Positions 1 through 8,896 of a stretch of 64,000 nt of DNA are shown piece by piece. The notes under the pieces are model-generated. The model was given only the letters and a program-made list of their open reading frames with translations. It was not told where the DNA came from and did not search any database. The position numbers and the translations under genes are program-made. Position 1 is the first letter of the stretch. Each line of letters starts with the position of its first letter. The DNA comes from a virus: IMG/VR virus record IMGVR_UViG_3300042731_004843, positions 32,001-96,000 of that record; one strand, written 5' to 3'.

Positions 1-2
1 AT

Positions 3-449
3 GAGCCGGGTAGCGAGGTTTCGTGCTCCCAGATCATCGGCAACACCGTGCGACACAACATGTCCGATACGCAGAACTCTACGCTCATGTTCGGCATCCA
101 GGTGGTGGGCAACTTTACCCACATACACACCACCGTGTCCCACAACGTCATTGACTTCAGGGACACCGGGGCCCCTCCCGGTGGCGGGGGCGGCAAGACT
201 ACAATCGCCATCTATTTCCAGACGGCTAATAGCGTGATCGCGGTGGGCAATATGATCCCCTTCTGGAACCACGCTGCGGCCACCAACTGGGCCATCGACC
301 TTACGTTGGGCACGAACTCGTTCGTGCTGGCCAACATAACTGGAAACCCTGGGTCGCTACTAAGCAACAACCTCAATCCGGTGGTGTTGCCTCCGGCCAT
401 AACGTCCGGAAACCTACGAGCCGATTTCAACGTGGGCGCGCTATTTTAA
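3..449 (+). CDS. C-terminal part of a parallel beta-helix protein (tailspike/tail fibre-like), 5' truncated
   Basis: Frame is open from the window start; recurring I/V-x-G/H-N-x-I/V units (IIGNTV, VVGNF, VSHNVI, AVGNMI). Confidence 0.55.
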   Translation, partial: EPGSEVSCSQIIGNTVRHNMSDTQNSTLMFGIQVVGNFTHIHTTVSHNVIDFRDTGAPPGGGGGKTTIAIYFQTANSVIAVGNMIPFWNHAAATNWAIDLTLGTNSFVLANITGNPGSLLSNNLNPVVLPPAITSGNLRADFNVGALF

Positions 450-459
450 GGAGGTCACT

Positions 460-819
460 GTGGATAAGATCACTGGAGTCATGGCCAGCTGGGAAGCCTT
501 CCTCCTCGCGTTCGCTGCGTTCGCTATCTTGGGCGTCGTGCGGCAGATGGGCACCAAGAAGGATACCAAGGGCAAGGTAGTGGGTGGTTGGGCGCAAAGT
601 CGCCCGTTCCGGATGCTGCTTCCTGTGTACCCCTACGTACTGTGCCTGGGCATGATTTTCATCCCCGGCGTTCCTCTACCGGAAAAGCTCGGGGCTGCTC
701 TGGGCGCCAAGCTACTGTTCGCCCTTTGGGCCGGGTGGCTCTCAGACAAGTCCTTCGAGATCGTCAAGCGCATCCTGGAGAAGGGCTTCAACGTGAAGTT
801 CGATAAGGCAGGGAGCTAG
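460..819 (+). CDS. holin-like membrane protein
   Basis: 119 aa, about 3 hydrophobic segments, basic C-terminus, AAGGAGG RBS, near spanin-like genes. Confidence 0.5.
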   Translation: MDKITGVMASWEAFLLAFAAFAILGVVRQMGTKKDTKGKVVGGWAQSRPFRMLLPVYPYVLCLGMIFIPGVPLPEKLGAALGAKLLFALWAGWLSDKSFEIVKRILEKGFNVKFDKAGS

Positions 820-821
820 CC

Positions 822-1094
822 ATGCATGAGGCTAGTATGCAGGCGCTTCAAAGTGAGCTGGAGAAAATAGCCAAGACGAAGGGGAGCAGGCGCCTTGCGG
901 AAGCTATGTTTGGTAGGCTTCGTGCAGCGAGGGGAGGCGGCGTTAAGGGCAGCGAAGTGGGCGCGTTCAGGAAGTTGCGTAGGGCGAACTACGGACCATC
1001 GGAAGCGGCGGGAGCTATCGATAAGGCTAGATGGCGCGGCGATCAGTACGTGAAGGTGCCTGAAGGTTACGGCCATCGCTACATAGATTTTTAG
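822..1094 (+). CDS. small basic protein with ELEKIA leader (putative head-internal protein)
   Basis: MHEASMQALQSELEKIA leader shared with ORFs at 47783, 56866 and 57950. Confidence 0.6.
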   Translation: MHEASMQALQSELEKIAKTKGSRRLAEAMFGRLRAARGGGVKGSEVGAFRKLRRANYGPSEAAGAIDKARWRGDQYVKVPEGYGHRYIDF

Positions 1095-1103
1095 GAGAGC
1101 ACT

Positions 1104-1427
1104 GTGTCCAAGGTCTGGGCTTGGTTGAAGAAAAACTGGAAGTGGTTGATCCTCCCGCTCTGGTTGGTGTCGCTACTCTTAGTCTGGTTCCTCAGCGGCG
1201 GTAAGAGCACCCTGTTCCCTCCGTCCGGTACCACGGATGAGGCTGCCGATGAGGCCATCGCGGCCAAAGACAAGGCCATCGCGGACTTCAGGGCTCGATT
1301 GGATGATCTGCACAAGAAGGCGGAGGAGAGACTGAAGAATGCCTCCGAAGAGCAGATCAAAGAGTATGAGGAGCTCAAAGACAAGCCCGTGGAGGACGTG
1401 GCCAAGTGGATCGACAGCCTCTCGTAG
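1104..1427 (+). CDS. membrane-anchored coiled-coil protein (i-spanin-like)
   Basis: N-terminal TM helix followed by a charged helical domain; AGGAG RBS. Confidence 0.45.
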   Translation: MSKVWAWLKKNWKWLILPLWLVSLLLVWFLSGGKSTLFPPSGTTDEAADEAIAAKDKAIADFRARLDDLHKKAEERLKNASEEQIKEYEELKDKPVEDVAKWIDSLS

Positions 1428-1436
1428 GACTTCCTG

Positions 1437-4400
1437 ATGCGACTCAAGACCGCATTCGAGTGGGCGGCGACAGGACCCAACAGGGGTGAGCGCGTACACG
1501 ATGCTCCCGTACTGTGGCGGCCCGGCAAACTGAAGCGGTCGGATTTCCAACCTGCCGCAGGGATCAATCCCGATGTAGCCAGGGGTGTTGCTCGAGAGCC
1601 GCAAGAGAAGGTCTCCATATTCGATGGGGACGGTACCAAGCTGATGCCCCACCTACGCGCCATCCACAAGCTGGGCGGCATCTCTGCCAGTGAAGTGGGG
1701 ATTGAAGACCTGGACGGCTTCAAGACCACCGGCAGGCACTACGCCAGACAGGCGCAAAGGGCCTTTAGCGACAAGCCCGTAGATGCTGGTCCTGGCTACG
1801 GGGCAGACCACGAGAGCAATAGCACGGCCGGAGAAGGCAACGAGCCCGATACTTCAGGGGAAATTCCTATCGAGGATCCGCAGGACAGCACACCTCTGCG
1901 CGGACATCTACGTAATATCAGGGGGTTAAAGAAGCAGGGGGCTGGTGTGCTGTCTGGGGAGCTGCTGGCTGGGCTGCCCAGGATAGATGTCATCGCTGCC
2001 GAGCAACAGCGCCAGCTGCTATCCAGGGCCGTCCACGAGGCCCGTAGCCGCGGCGGGGAGCTCAGAGGGGCCCAGGAGCCCTCAGCTCTACCTCTGGCCG
2101 GTGAGGGGGCTCTAGAGGGCGCTCAGTATGTCAGGCTGTCAGAGGCCGATGTAGACGCCATCAATGCCCGCCTAGCCCGCCAGGCTATGGAGAAGAGTTC
2201 GAGTTGGGATCCGCGGCTCAAATCCGTCTCTGTGACTGGCTGCGTCAAACTGGCAGAGCCGGCGCCCCGTTTGCGCACAAAGCTATTGCCCCACCAAGAG
2301 CGGGTAGTTGAGAAGCTAAAGGGGCGGCCGGGACTGGTAGTGGCTCATGGGTTGGGATCGGGCAAGACGCTGAGTTCCATAGCCGCTGCTGTACAGCTGG
2401 AGCCGGACAGGACCAAGGTACTGGTTCCGGCGTCTCTCAGGGCCAACTACCAGAAGGAGCTGGACAAGCACGTAGAAGGTACCCTGCCCATAGAGGTGGG
2501 CTCTCTACAGGGTGCGGCCGCACGCGGGGAGGTGCCGCGTGCAGACCTACTGGTGGTAGATGAGGCGCACAGAGGCAGGAACCCGCAGTCCAAAACGTAC
2601 CAGATGATCCAAGGCGCCGAGGCCAAGAAGCGCCTGATGTTGACTGCGTCACCTACCTACAACCGGCCGTCTGACGTAGCCACTCTGGTAAACATGGCTG
2701 CTGGCGATAGGGTCATGCCCATGGGTAAGGCCTTTGATGAGCGGTACATCGCGCAGCCCAAGAAGGGTATCTGGGGCCTGCTCCCGTTCTCTAGAAAGCA
2801 GGAGGGCTTGAAGCGCAAGGGAGAGCTCGGCAAGGCTTTGTCGGAGTGGGTGGACTACCACAAGTCTGGGGGCAAGGGGTTTCCAGATGTGATGGAGGAG
2901 CGCCACGCGGTCAAGATGACCAAGCGCCAGACGCAGCTTCACGATGCTGCGTGGGGACAGCTCTCTTTGTTGTCCAAGATGCGTCTGCGCCGCGGGCTGC
3001 CTCCCGACAAGCAGGACCTCTCCAAGATCAACAACTTCCAGTCTCAGACCCGGCAGATCTCCAGTACTGAGTCGCCGTACACTAAGAAGGGGCGGGGCGA
3101 GGTATCTCCTAAGATCGTGAAGGCTGTAGGGCTCCTGGACACAGAAGCCAGGGCGAACCCTGATCACAAGGCGCTGGTCTACTCTAACTACTTGGGCACC
3201 TTGAGAGACTACTCTAAGGAGCTGGAGAAGCGGAAGGTGCCCCACGCCATATTCTCCGGCCAGCAAAAGATGCGGGACCGCAAGCAGATGGTGGAGGACT
3301 ACAACGCCGGCAAACTGAAAGCCCTGCTGGTATCGTCTGCTGGAGGGGAGGGGCTGGACCTGAAGGGCACCAGGCAGGTCCAGGTACTCGAGCCGCACTG
3401 GAACGTAGAGAAGCTGAAGCAGGTGGAGGGCCGGGCCATCCGCCGCGGTTCCCACACGCACCTGCCGAAAGACCAGCAGAAGGTACTGCTGCAGAGGTTC
3501 GAGTCCTATCCACGTGGAGGCATCTTCAGAAAGCGCCGCGGTGTAGAGCAGGTGCTGGGCGACATGGCTGCCAATAAGGAGAGGCTGAACCAGGAGATGC
3601 TGGGGCTGATGGAAAAGAGCGCAGAGCCACCACCCCCAGAAGGCGTCTCCGCCAAAGAGTGGGACGAGATACTGGACAACAAGGCCAGTAAGCCGCGTCC
3701 CCTGCCCGAGGTCATAACCAAGGACCGGCTTCGTGATCCTGTTGTCCAGCCACGCGACCTTATCCGGCGGCAGGAAACCCGGATGGAAAAGAGCGCGAAG
3801 CGCAAGTCCTGTTTTGATGAGTCCGTGAGAATAGCCGTAAAGAACCCACAGCTTACGCTAATGAAGGGGGATCCTTTCAAGGGCTCTGGAGACAGGGCCC
3901 ACTTCTGGTTGGAAGACAAGGACGGAAAGATCACCGACCCTACTGCGGGACAGTACCCGAAAAGTACGAGAGTCTATACGGGTGGACGACCAGTCAGCTT
4001 GAGTAGGAATCGTGATGCAGTAGAAAGAGCTCTGCAGAAAAGAGCATTCAAGCTGCAGGGACAGACCGAAGTGCAAGGCATTCCTGTAGCCATCGAGAAC
4101 CGCAAGGGGTCTGTACGGAAGGGCAAAGATCCGGACGGCAACGAGTGGCGTACCAAGATGCAGAACCCGTACGGGTACATCAAGGGCACCAAGGGAGCAG
4201 ATGGGGAAGAGGTAGATGCCTACGTGGGCCCGGACAAGGAAGCCCCCAAAGCGTTCGTCGTACACCAGCGAGACAAAGAGACCGGTGAGTATGACGAGGA
4301 CAAGGTCATGCTGGCCTTCAAGTCCAAGGCCGACGCCAAGAGAGCCTTTCTTGCACACTACGACAGCCCCAAGTTCCTCGGACCCATCAGTGCGGTACCC

Positions 4401-5093
4401 ATGGAGCGTCTGCGGGAGCTAGTAGAGAGCAAGAAGAGGCTGGTCAAGATCTCTTTCGCCGTGCCGGTTGTAGAGGACAAAGGTTACCAGAAGAAGGTAC
4501 GCCGGAGATTCGATAAACTGACCAAAGCGCTGGCACGTCACGGGGACCCAGTGGGCACAGGGCACAAGAGGATCGTCATCCCCAAGCGTGTTATGAAAGA
4601 GGATGACCTTGTTGGGCAGCTGGGGTTCGTTCCAGTCAAGGTGGCCATCCCGGAGGCCGGGCAGTCCCGCTTTGCCAGTTTTAGGCACCCGGACAATCTA
4701 TTCCACCTGCACGAGCACGGTGATGCGTGGGTCATGCACAAAGATGAGCACCCTGCGTCCACCATGCTGGTGAAGAAGTGGCGTATGGCCAGAGAGGCCG
4801 CTAAGAGCGCCACGGGCAAGAGTCAAGCTGAAGTGAAGGCGGCTCTCAAGGCTACGGGCGGGAAGCTCAAGCCGGTCGGGGATTTCATCAGAGGCCTGCC
4901 GCACGTGGTCACGGAGGGTGTTCCTGGAGCGTACTACTACGCCAAGGGGCAGATCTTAAAGACCAAGGGTATGCGGGAGAGGGTAGAAGAAGCTGTACCC
5001 AACGCGTACAAGCGCCAGGTGACGAAGTGGATAGAGCTAAAAAAGGCCGCAAGTGCCGGCTACGCCGATCTCGGTAGCCTAGTTCAGGAGTGA
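1437..5093 (+). CDS. polyvalent protein: SNF2 helicase + Cys-His-Asp domain + InPase-like domain + His-rich domain
   Basis: HGLGSGKT, DEAH, TASP, GGEGLDL, QVEGRAIR (SNF2 motifs); SC..HFW..DPT; IENRKGSVR..YGYI..DGEEVD..YDEDK. Confidence 0.8.
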   Translation: MRLKTAFEWAATGPNRGERVHDAPVLWRPGKLKRSDFQPAAGINPDVARGVAREPQEKVSIFDGDGTKLMPHLRAIHKLGGISASEVGIEDLDGFKTTGRHYARQAQRAFSDKPVDAGPGYGADHESNSTAGEGNEPDTSGEIPIEDPQDSTPLRGHLRNIRGLKKQGAGVLSGELLAGLPRIDVIAAEQQRQLLSRAVHEARSRGGELRGAQEPSALPLAGEGALEGAQYVRLSEADVDAINARLARQAMEKSSSWDPRLKSVSVTGCVKLAEPAPRLRTKLLPHQERVVEKLKGRPGLVVAHGLGSGKTLSSIAAAVQLEPDRTKVLVPASLRANYQKELDKHVEGTLPIEVGSLQGAAARGEVPRADLLVVDEAHRGRNPQSKTYQMIQGAEAKKRLMLTASPTYNRPSDVATLVNMAAGDRVMPMGKAFDERYIAQPKKGIWGLLPFSRKQEGLKRKGELGKALSEWVDYHKSGGKGFPDVMEERHAVKMTKRQTQLHDAAWGQLSLLSKMRLRRGLPPDKQDLSKINNFQSQTRQISSTESPYTKKGRGEVSPKIVKAVGLLDTEARANPDHKALVYSNYLGTLRDYSKELEKRKVPHAIFSGQQKMRDRKQMVEDYNAGKLKALLVSSAGGEGLDLKGTRQVQVLEPHWNVEKLKQVEGRAIRRGSHTHLPKDQQKVLLQRFESYPRGGIFRKRRGVEQVLGDMAANKERLNQEMLGLMEKSAEPPPPEGVSAKEWDEILDNKASKPRPLPEVITKDRLRDPVVQPRDLIRRQETRMEKSAKRKSCFDESVRIAVKNPQLTLMKGDPFKGSGDRAHFWLEDKDGKITDPTAGQYPKSTRVYTGGRPVSLSRNRDAVERALQKRAFKLQGQTEVQGIPVAIENRKGSVRKGKDPDGNEWRTKMQNPYGYIKGTKGADGEEVDAYVGPDKEAPKAFVVHQRDKETGEYDEDKVMLAFKSKADAKRAFLAHYDSPKFLGPISAVPMERLRELVESKKRLVKISFAVPVVEDKGYQKKVRRRFDKLTKALARHGDPVGTGHKRIVIPKRVMKEDDLVGQLGFVPVKVAIPEAGQSRFASFRHPDNLFHLHEHGDAWVMHKDEHPASTMLVKKWRMAREAAKSATGKSQAEVKAALKATGGKLKPVGDFIRGLPHVVTEGVPGAYYYAKGQILKTKGMRERVEEAVPNAYKRQVTKWIELKKAASAGYADLGSLVQE

Positions 5094-5611
5094 TCATGCG
5101 CGCTATCATCGTAGCACTCATTCTTCTGTGGCCTTGTATAGCTATTGCCGCAGATCAGTGCACCAAGCAGATCTACAGCGACCCCAATGTAGAGCCTGAC
5201 TACAGCTGCCCAGGTCCAGGCGAAGATGCCATGGTCCCCAAGATCCAGCTGAGGGCATCTGTAGAGCTCAAGGCTAAGCAGGCATCTCCCTGGTCGGGCA
5301 TCTTGATGGACAAGAACCGGGTGCTGGTTCTCGGTCTGCGTATCAAGGGCTTGCGCCGCATCAGGTGGCAGGAGAACAATACTTGCCGGGAGTCGTTGGC
5401 GGCAGAGAAGAAGTTCATGGAGGACTCGTTCAACGCCACGATCAAACTGCGTACTTCTCAGAGGGACAGCTACAAGGCACAGAATGTAGATCTGCGGAAA
5501 GAGATCGTACGCCTGAATAGATGGTACCGATCTCCCACCTTCTGGTTCGTCACTGGGGTCTTGGTGACGGCCGCTGGGGCCACGGCCCTGGCATACGGGT
5601 TGAGGAAGTAA
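5090..5611 (+). CDS. exported protein with signal peptide and C-terminal TM (possible spanin-like lysis accessory)
   Basis: N-terminal signal peptide, coiled-coil, C-terminal WYRSPTFWFVTGVLV TM segment. Confidence 0.5.
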   Translation: MIMRAIIVALILLWPCIAIAADQCTKQIYSDPNVEPDYSCPGPGEDAMVPKIQLRASVELKAKQASPWSGILMDKNRVLVLGLRIKGLRRIRWQENNTCRESLAAEKKFMEDSFNATIKLRTSQRDSYKAQNVDLRKEIVRLNRWYRSPTFWFVTGVLVTAAGATALAYGLRK

Positions 5612-5638
5612 AGAAGAGAGGGCTTCTACGCCCTCTCT
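5610..5638 (-). terminator. intrinsic terminator between convergent operons
   Basis: AGAGAGGGC-TTCTAC-GCCCTCTCT stem-loop, followed by TCTTT on the minus strand. Confidence 0.65.
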
Positions 5639-5670
5639 CCGATCAGCTTATCCCTTCAACTGGCGGGTTC

Positions 5671-5892
5671 TTACAGGGACGAGGCCAGTATGGCCCGCAG
5701 AAGGGTCATGCGGTCTAGGTCTGGGTCCTCCAGCGGTATGTCGTTTACCGTCTGGGAGGCCAGCTCTCTTAGTTCGTCCATGTTCATTTTGGCGAGTTGT
5801 TCCTCAGTGACCTGTAGCAGGTCCTCGGGGCCTGGGAGCAGTGGATCGCGGAGATCTAGTCCCCGCTGTCGTCGTTTCCCTGGGCGTCCCAC
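5671..5892 (-). CDS. hypothetical protein, Rho-N-like helical motif
   Basis: EQLAKMNMDELRELA; GGAGG RBS. Confidence 0.5.
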   Translation of the reverse strand: MGRPGKRRQRGLDLRDPLLPGPEDLLQVTEEQLAKMNMDELRELASQTVNDIPLEDPDLDRMTLLRAILASSL

Positions 5893-6401
5893 TCCTCTTG
5901 GAGCTCCTCCACACGAGCTTCCAGCGCATCGGGCTCATCGACAGCCTTGTAGACATCGGTGAGCAGCCCGAAGATCATGTAGAGCTGCCGGCGCGCCTCG
6001 GTCAGATCTGCCTCGAGGGTCTCGATGGTCGACTTGAGTTCCTCGGTCGACTCGTCCACGGTCTTACCGACCGCGTCGATGCGCCGCAGGACCTCGTCCA
6101 CCGATGGGTCCCCACCGCCCGCGCTTTCCTGGGGCGGCTCCTCTTTGGCGGCCCTGCCACGTCCAGCAGCCGGGGCACGGCCGGCTGCTGCTCGGCCCCT
6201 TCCCCGACCTTCCTGCTTACCGTTGTCCTTGGACTTGCCCTTTCCGCCTTCCTGGGCCTGCAGGATGCGGGTGATGAGTTCTCCAGACGTGGTGTTGGAG
6301 CACTCCTTGTTGTCGATGCCCAGCACGGCGATGGCAGTCCTGCGCAGGTCGACTCTTGCCATCCCCTTGAGGTCCTCTTGGGTGTATTTCTTGTCAGACA
6401 T
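5856..6401 (-). CDS. hypothetical protein (Rho-N-like N-terminus, basic linker, acidic coiled coil)
   Basis: ORF in tightly packed minus-strand operon. Confidence 0.6.
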   Translation of the reverse strand: MSDKKYTQEDLKGMARVDLRRTAIAVLGIDNKECSNTTSGELITRILQAQEGGKGKSKDNGKQEGRGRGRAAAGRAPAAGRGRAAKEEPPQESAGGGDPSVDEVLRRIDAVGKTVDESTEELKSTIETLEADLTEARRQLYMIFGLLTDVYKAVDEPDALEARVEELQEEWDAQGNDDSGD

Positions 6402-6636
6402 GTCTTCTCCGTCTCCTAGGTTGTATTTTGGCGCGTCCTGAGCTCAGGTTTTGTACCTCGTACCGTAGCGCCCCCGGTCCGAGACCCTCAATGATGGTTC
6501 TTCGGGCGTCCATGTTGGCGATATTTACCGGACGCCAGTCCCCACAACACTCACCGTTCTCGAGCATATACTCGGTGACGGTCTTGCAGTCCCTGAGACG
6601 CCGACAGCACGTACATGCTTTCGGTATACCCGCCAT
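6394..6636 (-). CDS. small Cys-rich hypothetical protein
   Basis: Start MAGIPK with AAGGAG RBS, TGATG coupling to upstream gene. Confidence 0.55.
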   Translation of the reverse strand: MAGIPKACTCCRRLRDCKTVTEYMLENGECCGDWRPVNIANMDARRTIIEGLGPGALRYEVQNLSSGRAKIQPRRRRRHV

Positions 6637-6971
6637 CAGCACTCCTTTCGGACCTTCTCCATTATGTCGTCGTCGCACTCTTCAACAGCGCAGACATACG
6701 CTCTCGCTGCCGGGCAGATCCAACACGGGCAGTGCTCCTCAGTGCAGTCCAGCTGCTCTTTCACGGAGGGCCACTCTTCGATCATCCGCATCATGGCGTT
6801 ACGATCGGCGTCCGCGGGATCTTGCGGCAGGTCGTCAGGATGTACCCGTCCCTCCAGCGCGTCTATGAGCAGGTCTCTTCCCAGCCCCCGATGAGCCCCT
6901 AAGAAACCTCTCTGTGAGCATAGAGCGGCCAGTTCTGACAGGTTTAGTTGGCTGTAGTCCACGTCGTTCAT
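6636..6971 (-). CDS. Cys-rich hypothetical protein
   Basis: AAGGAGG RBS; C-terminal Cys cluster. Confidence 0.55.
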   Translation of the reverse strand: MNDVDYSQLNLSELAALCSQRGFLGAHRGLGRDLLIDALEGRVHPDDLPQDPADADRNAMMRMIEEWPSVKEQLDCTEEHCPCWICPAARAYVCAVEECDDDIMEKVRKEC

Positions 6972-7410
6972 AGGCCTCCTTAGTTAGACCCACCTCCTCT
7001 TCTGGGACCTCACGCAGCTTGACGTAGATCCCTGGATTTTCTGGGTCGCAGTGTTTTTCCAGCAAGAGCCGGAAGTTGTGGCAGTCATCGACCCCCACCG
7101 CCTTGGCGACGGTGTCCTCTATGAGCTTGACCTGGTTGCTCAGATCTATCTTCTTGTAGCGACTACCCGTGCTGGACGACTTGACCTCCACCTGCTCGAA
7201 GAAGATGGCCAGCGTCAGTTCGTACGGCACGTTCTGCTTGAGTTGTAGTAGCGCCACTCTTCCTTGCTTTTGGACGGCGCGCATGGCCTTGATCTTGAAA
7301 GTACGTGCTTTGTCGGACAGAACACGCCCCTTGCCCTGCGGATGCCTCACGTAGATCTGATTGGAAGAGGGAGGCAGGTGCGGTACCCATACCCTCAGCT
7401 CCGGGTTCAT
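6835..7410 (-). CDS. rusA: RusA-like Holliday junction resolvase
   Basis: PPSSN N-terminal motif; D-LSN-xxK-xxED...DD acidic catalytic pattern. Confidence 0.7.
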   Translation of the reverse strand: MNPELRVWVPHLPPSSNQIYVRHPQGKGRVLSDKARTFKIKAMRAVQKQGRVALLQLKQNVPYELTLAIFFEQVEVKSSSTGSRYKKIDLSNQVKLIEDTVAKAVGVDDCHNFRLLLEKHCDPENPGIYVKLREVPEEEVGLTKEAYERRGLQPTKPVRTGRSMLTERFLRGSSGAGKRPAHRRAGGTGTS

Positions 7411-8009
7411 CTTTTGCGCCCTCTCCTGAAGGTGTTCAGTACCGAGGTCTGCTCTCGATTACGCCGGTCCCGTTGCCGCGACTTTCGGTCTAGGCCAACC
7501 CCCTTACCTTCTGCCCCTGTCCTAGATTCCAGAACAGAGGCCGCCCGAGAGATCGTCTCTATGTCCCGTTTCAGGCCTTCAACGATCCCCACCAACAGTC
7601 TGTACTGGGAATCCCGAAACTCGAACCGGGCATCAACCTCTATGTACCGCTTGTCCAGCCTGGTGGCATCGTCCTTGTCGGACACGGTACCAGACTTGGT
7701 TCTGCGTATCCTAGCCCAAGCCACCGTCCGTTGTTTCTCGGCAGCATTACGCATACCTTCGGCCAGCTTCTGTTGCCCGATGGCGTAGTCATACCACTCC
7801 GTGAACTTACCTATCAGCCTCTGCAGTTCCGGAAACGAGGCCGCACTCAGATCATAGGGAAGCGATGGGAACTCCTCGAACTCTCCCCTGGGATCTACCG
7901 GTCGGGTAGCCACAGACAGGCCAGCGCGGATGATCGCGTCCTCAGCTTCCTCGGGTGCTGCCCCGTAGGCGCCCAGGCCCTCTTCAAGCGTCACTTCATA
8001 GTTGGGCAT
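7407..8009 (-). CDS. coiled-coil protein, possible UvsY-like recombination mediator
   Basis: Helical protein in recA cluster; TVSDKD...DKRY...LKRDIETISR resembles UvsY-like proteins. Confidence 0.4.
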   Translation of the reverse strand: MPNYEVTLEEGLGAYGAAPEEAEDAIIRAGLSVATRPVDPRGEFEEFPSLPYDLSAASFPELQRLIGKFTEWYDYAIGQQKLAEGMRNAAEKQRTVAWARIRRTKSGTVSDKDDATRLDKRYIEVDARFEFRDSQYRLLVGIVEGLKRDIETISRAASVLESRTGAEGKGVGLDRKSRQRDRRNREQTSVLNTFRRGRKR

Positions 8010-8896
8010 CAGGCCTCCTTCCTCTTGCGGAATGCGGACGATACGCGTGTGTTGGGTCCCCTAGTCCGCCTGGGAGGCTTGCACACCTTCCGGTACTTGC
8101 AGTTGGTGCAGTGCCACCCATTCTCCCTCTCCGGAGGTTCATCTCGCATGGCGTGCTCTCTGACCCAGTCCAGCTTGCACACGACAGCGTCCCAGCAGTT
8201 CTGGTCGAACACATGCGCGTACTCCACCATGCTCGAATCGTTCTTGTTGTAGTAGACAAACACCATCACCGGCAGATCCAACGCCTTCTGGTAGATGGTG
8301 CCTTGTGTCAGGTGCTCTGGGTGCGGGCTGGAGGTCTTCTCGTAACCCGCAGCGTTGATGGTCTTGAGCTCTATCCCGAACCGCAGGCGCATGTCCGGAG
8401 TGATGACCATATACTTGCCGTCAGTGTGCCCGGACAGGTCCATGGAATCCGCCACCTCATTGGTGTCGGGATCTACCACCGCCTCTGGCTCGAAGCTCTC
8501 CACGCCATCACTACGCCTAGTGATCTCTTCTAGGTACGCTTGTAGCTGGGCGTGGACAGCGGACCCGGTGTCTAGCAGAGCACGCATCCTAGGTTCCCAG
8601 GCGCCCTCAGCCTCCGCTCCCACAAAGTCGTAGTACAGCAGCCGGGCGCACCCCATCTTGTACTTGCCGCACAGGGACGTACCGGATGCACTACCTACCG
8701 AAGATGCATGGAAGACGAGCGTCTTCCGGTTCTGCCCCAGATCAAACTCCACGGGCAGCTTCCGTATGGGATCAACGTTGAGGTCTTCCAGGAATGAGTG
8801 TATGCGTGCGACCACAGTACACTGCGGCAGCAGCCGCTTCAGCCTGGTTTTGTCCAGCCGCGCTAAGTCGGCGATTGTCCAAAGAAGATCAGTCAC
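8009..8896 (-). CDS. Cas4/RecB-like PD-(D/E)XK exonuclease with Fe-S cysteines
   Basis: GCAR..GSAVH..GHTDG..IELKT..QGTIY..CTNCKYRKVC. Confidence 0.8.
   Translation of the reverse strand: MTDLLWTIADLARLDKTRLKRLLPQCTVVARIHSFLEDLNVDPIRKLPVEFDLGQNRKTLVFHASSVGSASGTSLCGKYKMGCARLLYYDFVGAEAEGAWEPRMRALLDTGSAVHAQLQAYLEEITRRSDGVESFEPEAVVDPDTNEVADSMDLSGHTDGKYMVITPDMRLRFGIELKTINAAGYEKTSSPHPEHLTQGTIYQKALDLPVMVFVYYNKNDSSMVEYAHVFDQNCWDAVVCKLDWVREHAMRDEPPERENGWHCTNCKYRKVCKPPRRTRGPNTRVSSAFRKRKEA

Noticed and set aside
5647-5670. Further copy of the GGGATAAG motif
   Set aside because: Points directly into a terminator with no gene; a copy inside a CDS at 58620 shows the 8-mer can occur by chance
8009-8896. 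CRISPR-Cas locus suggested by the Cas4-like gene
   Set aside because: No repeat-spacer array and no cas1/cas2 seen; the context is recombination
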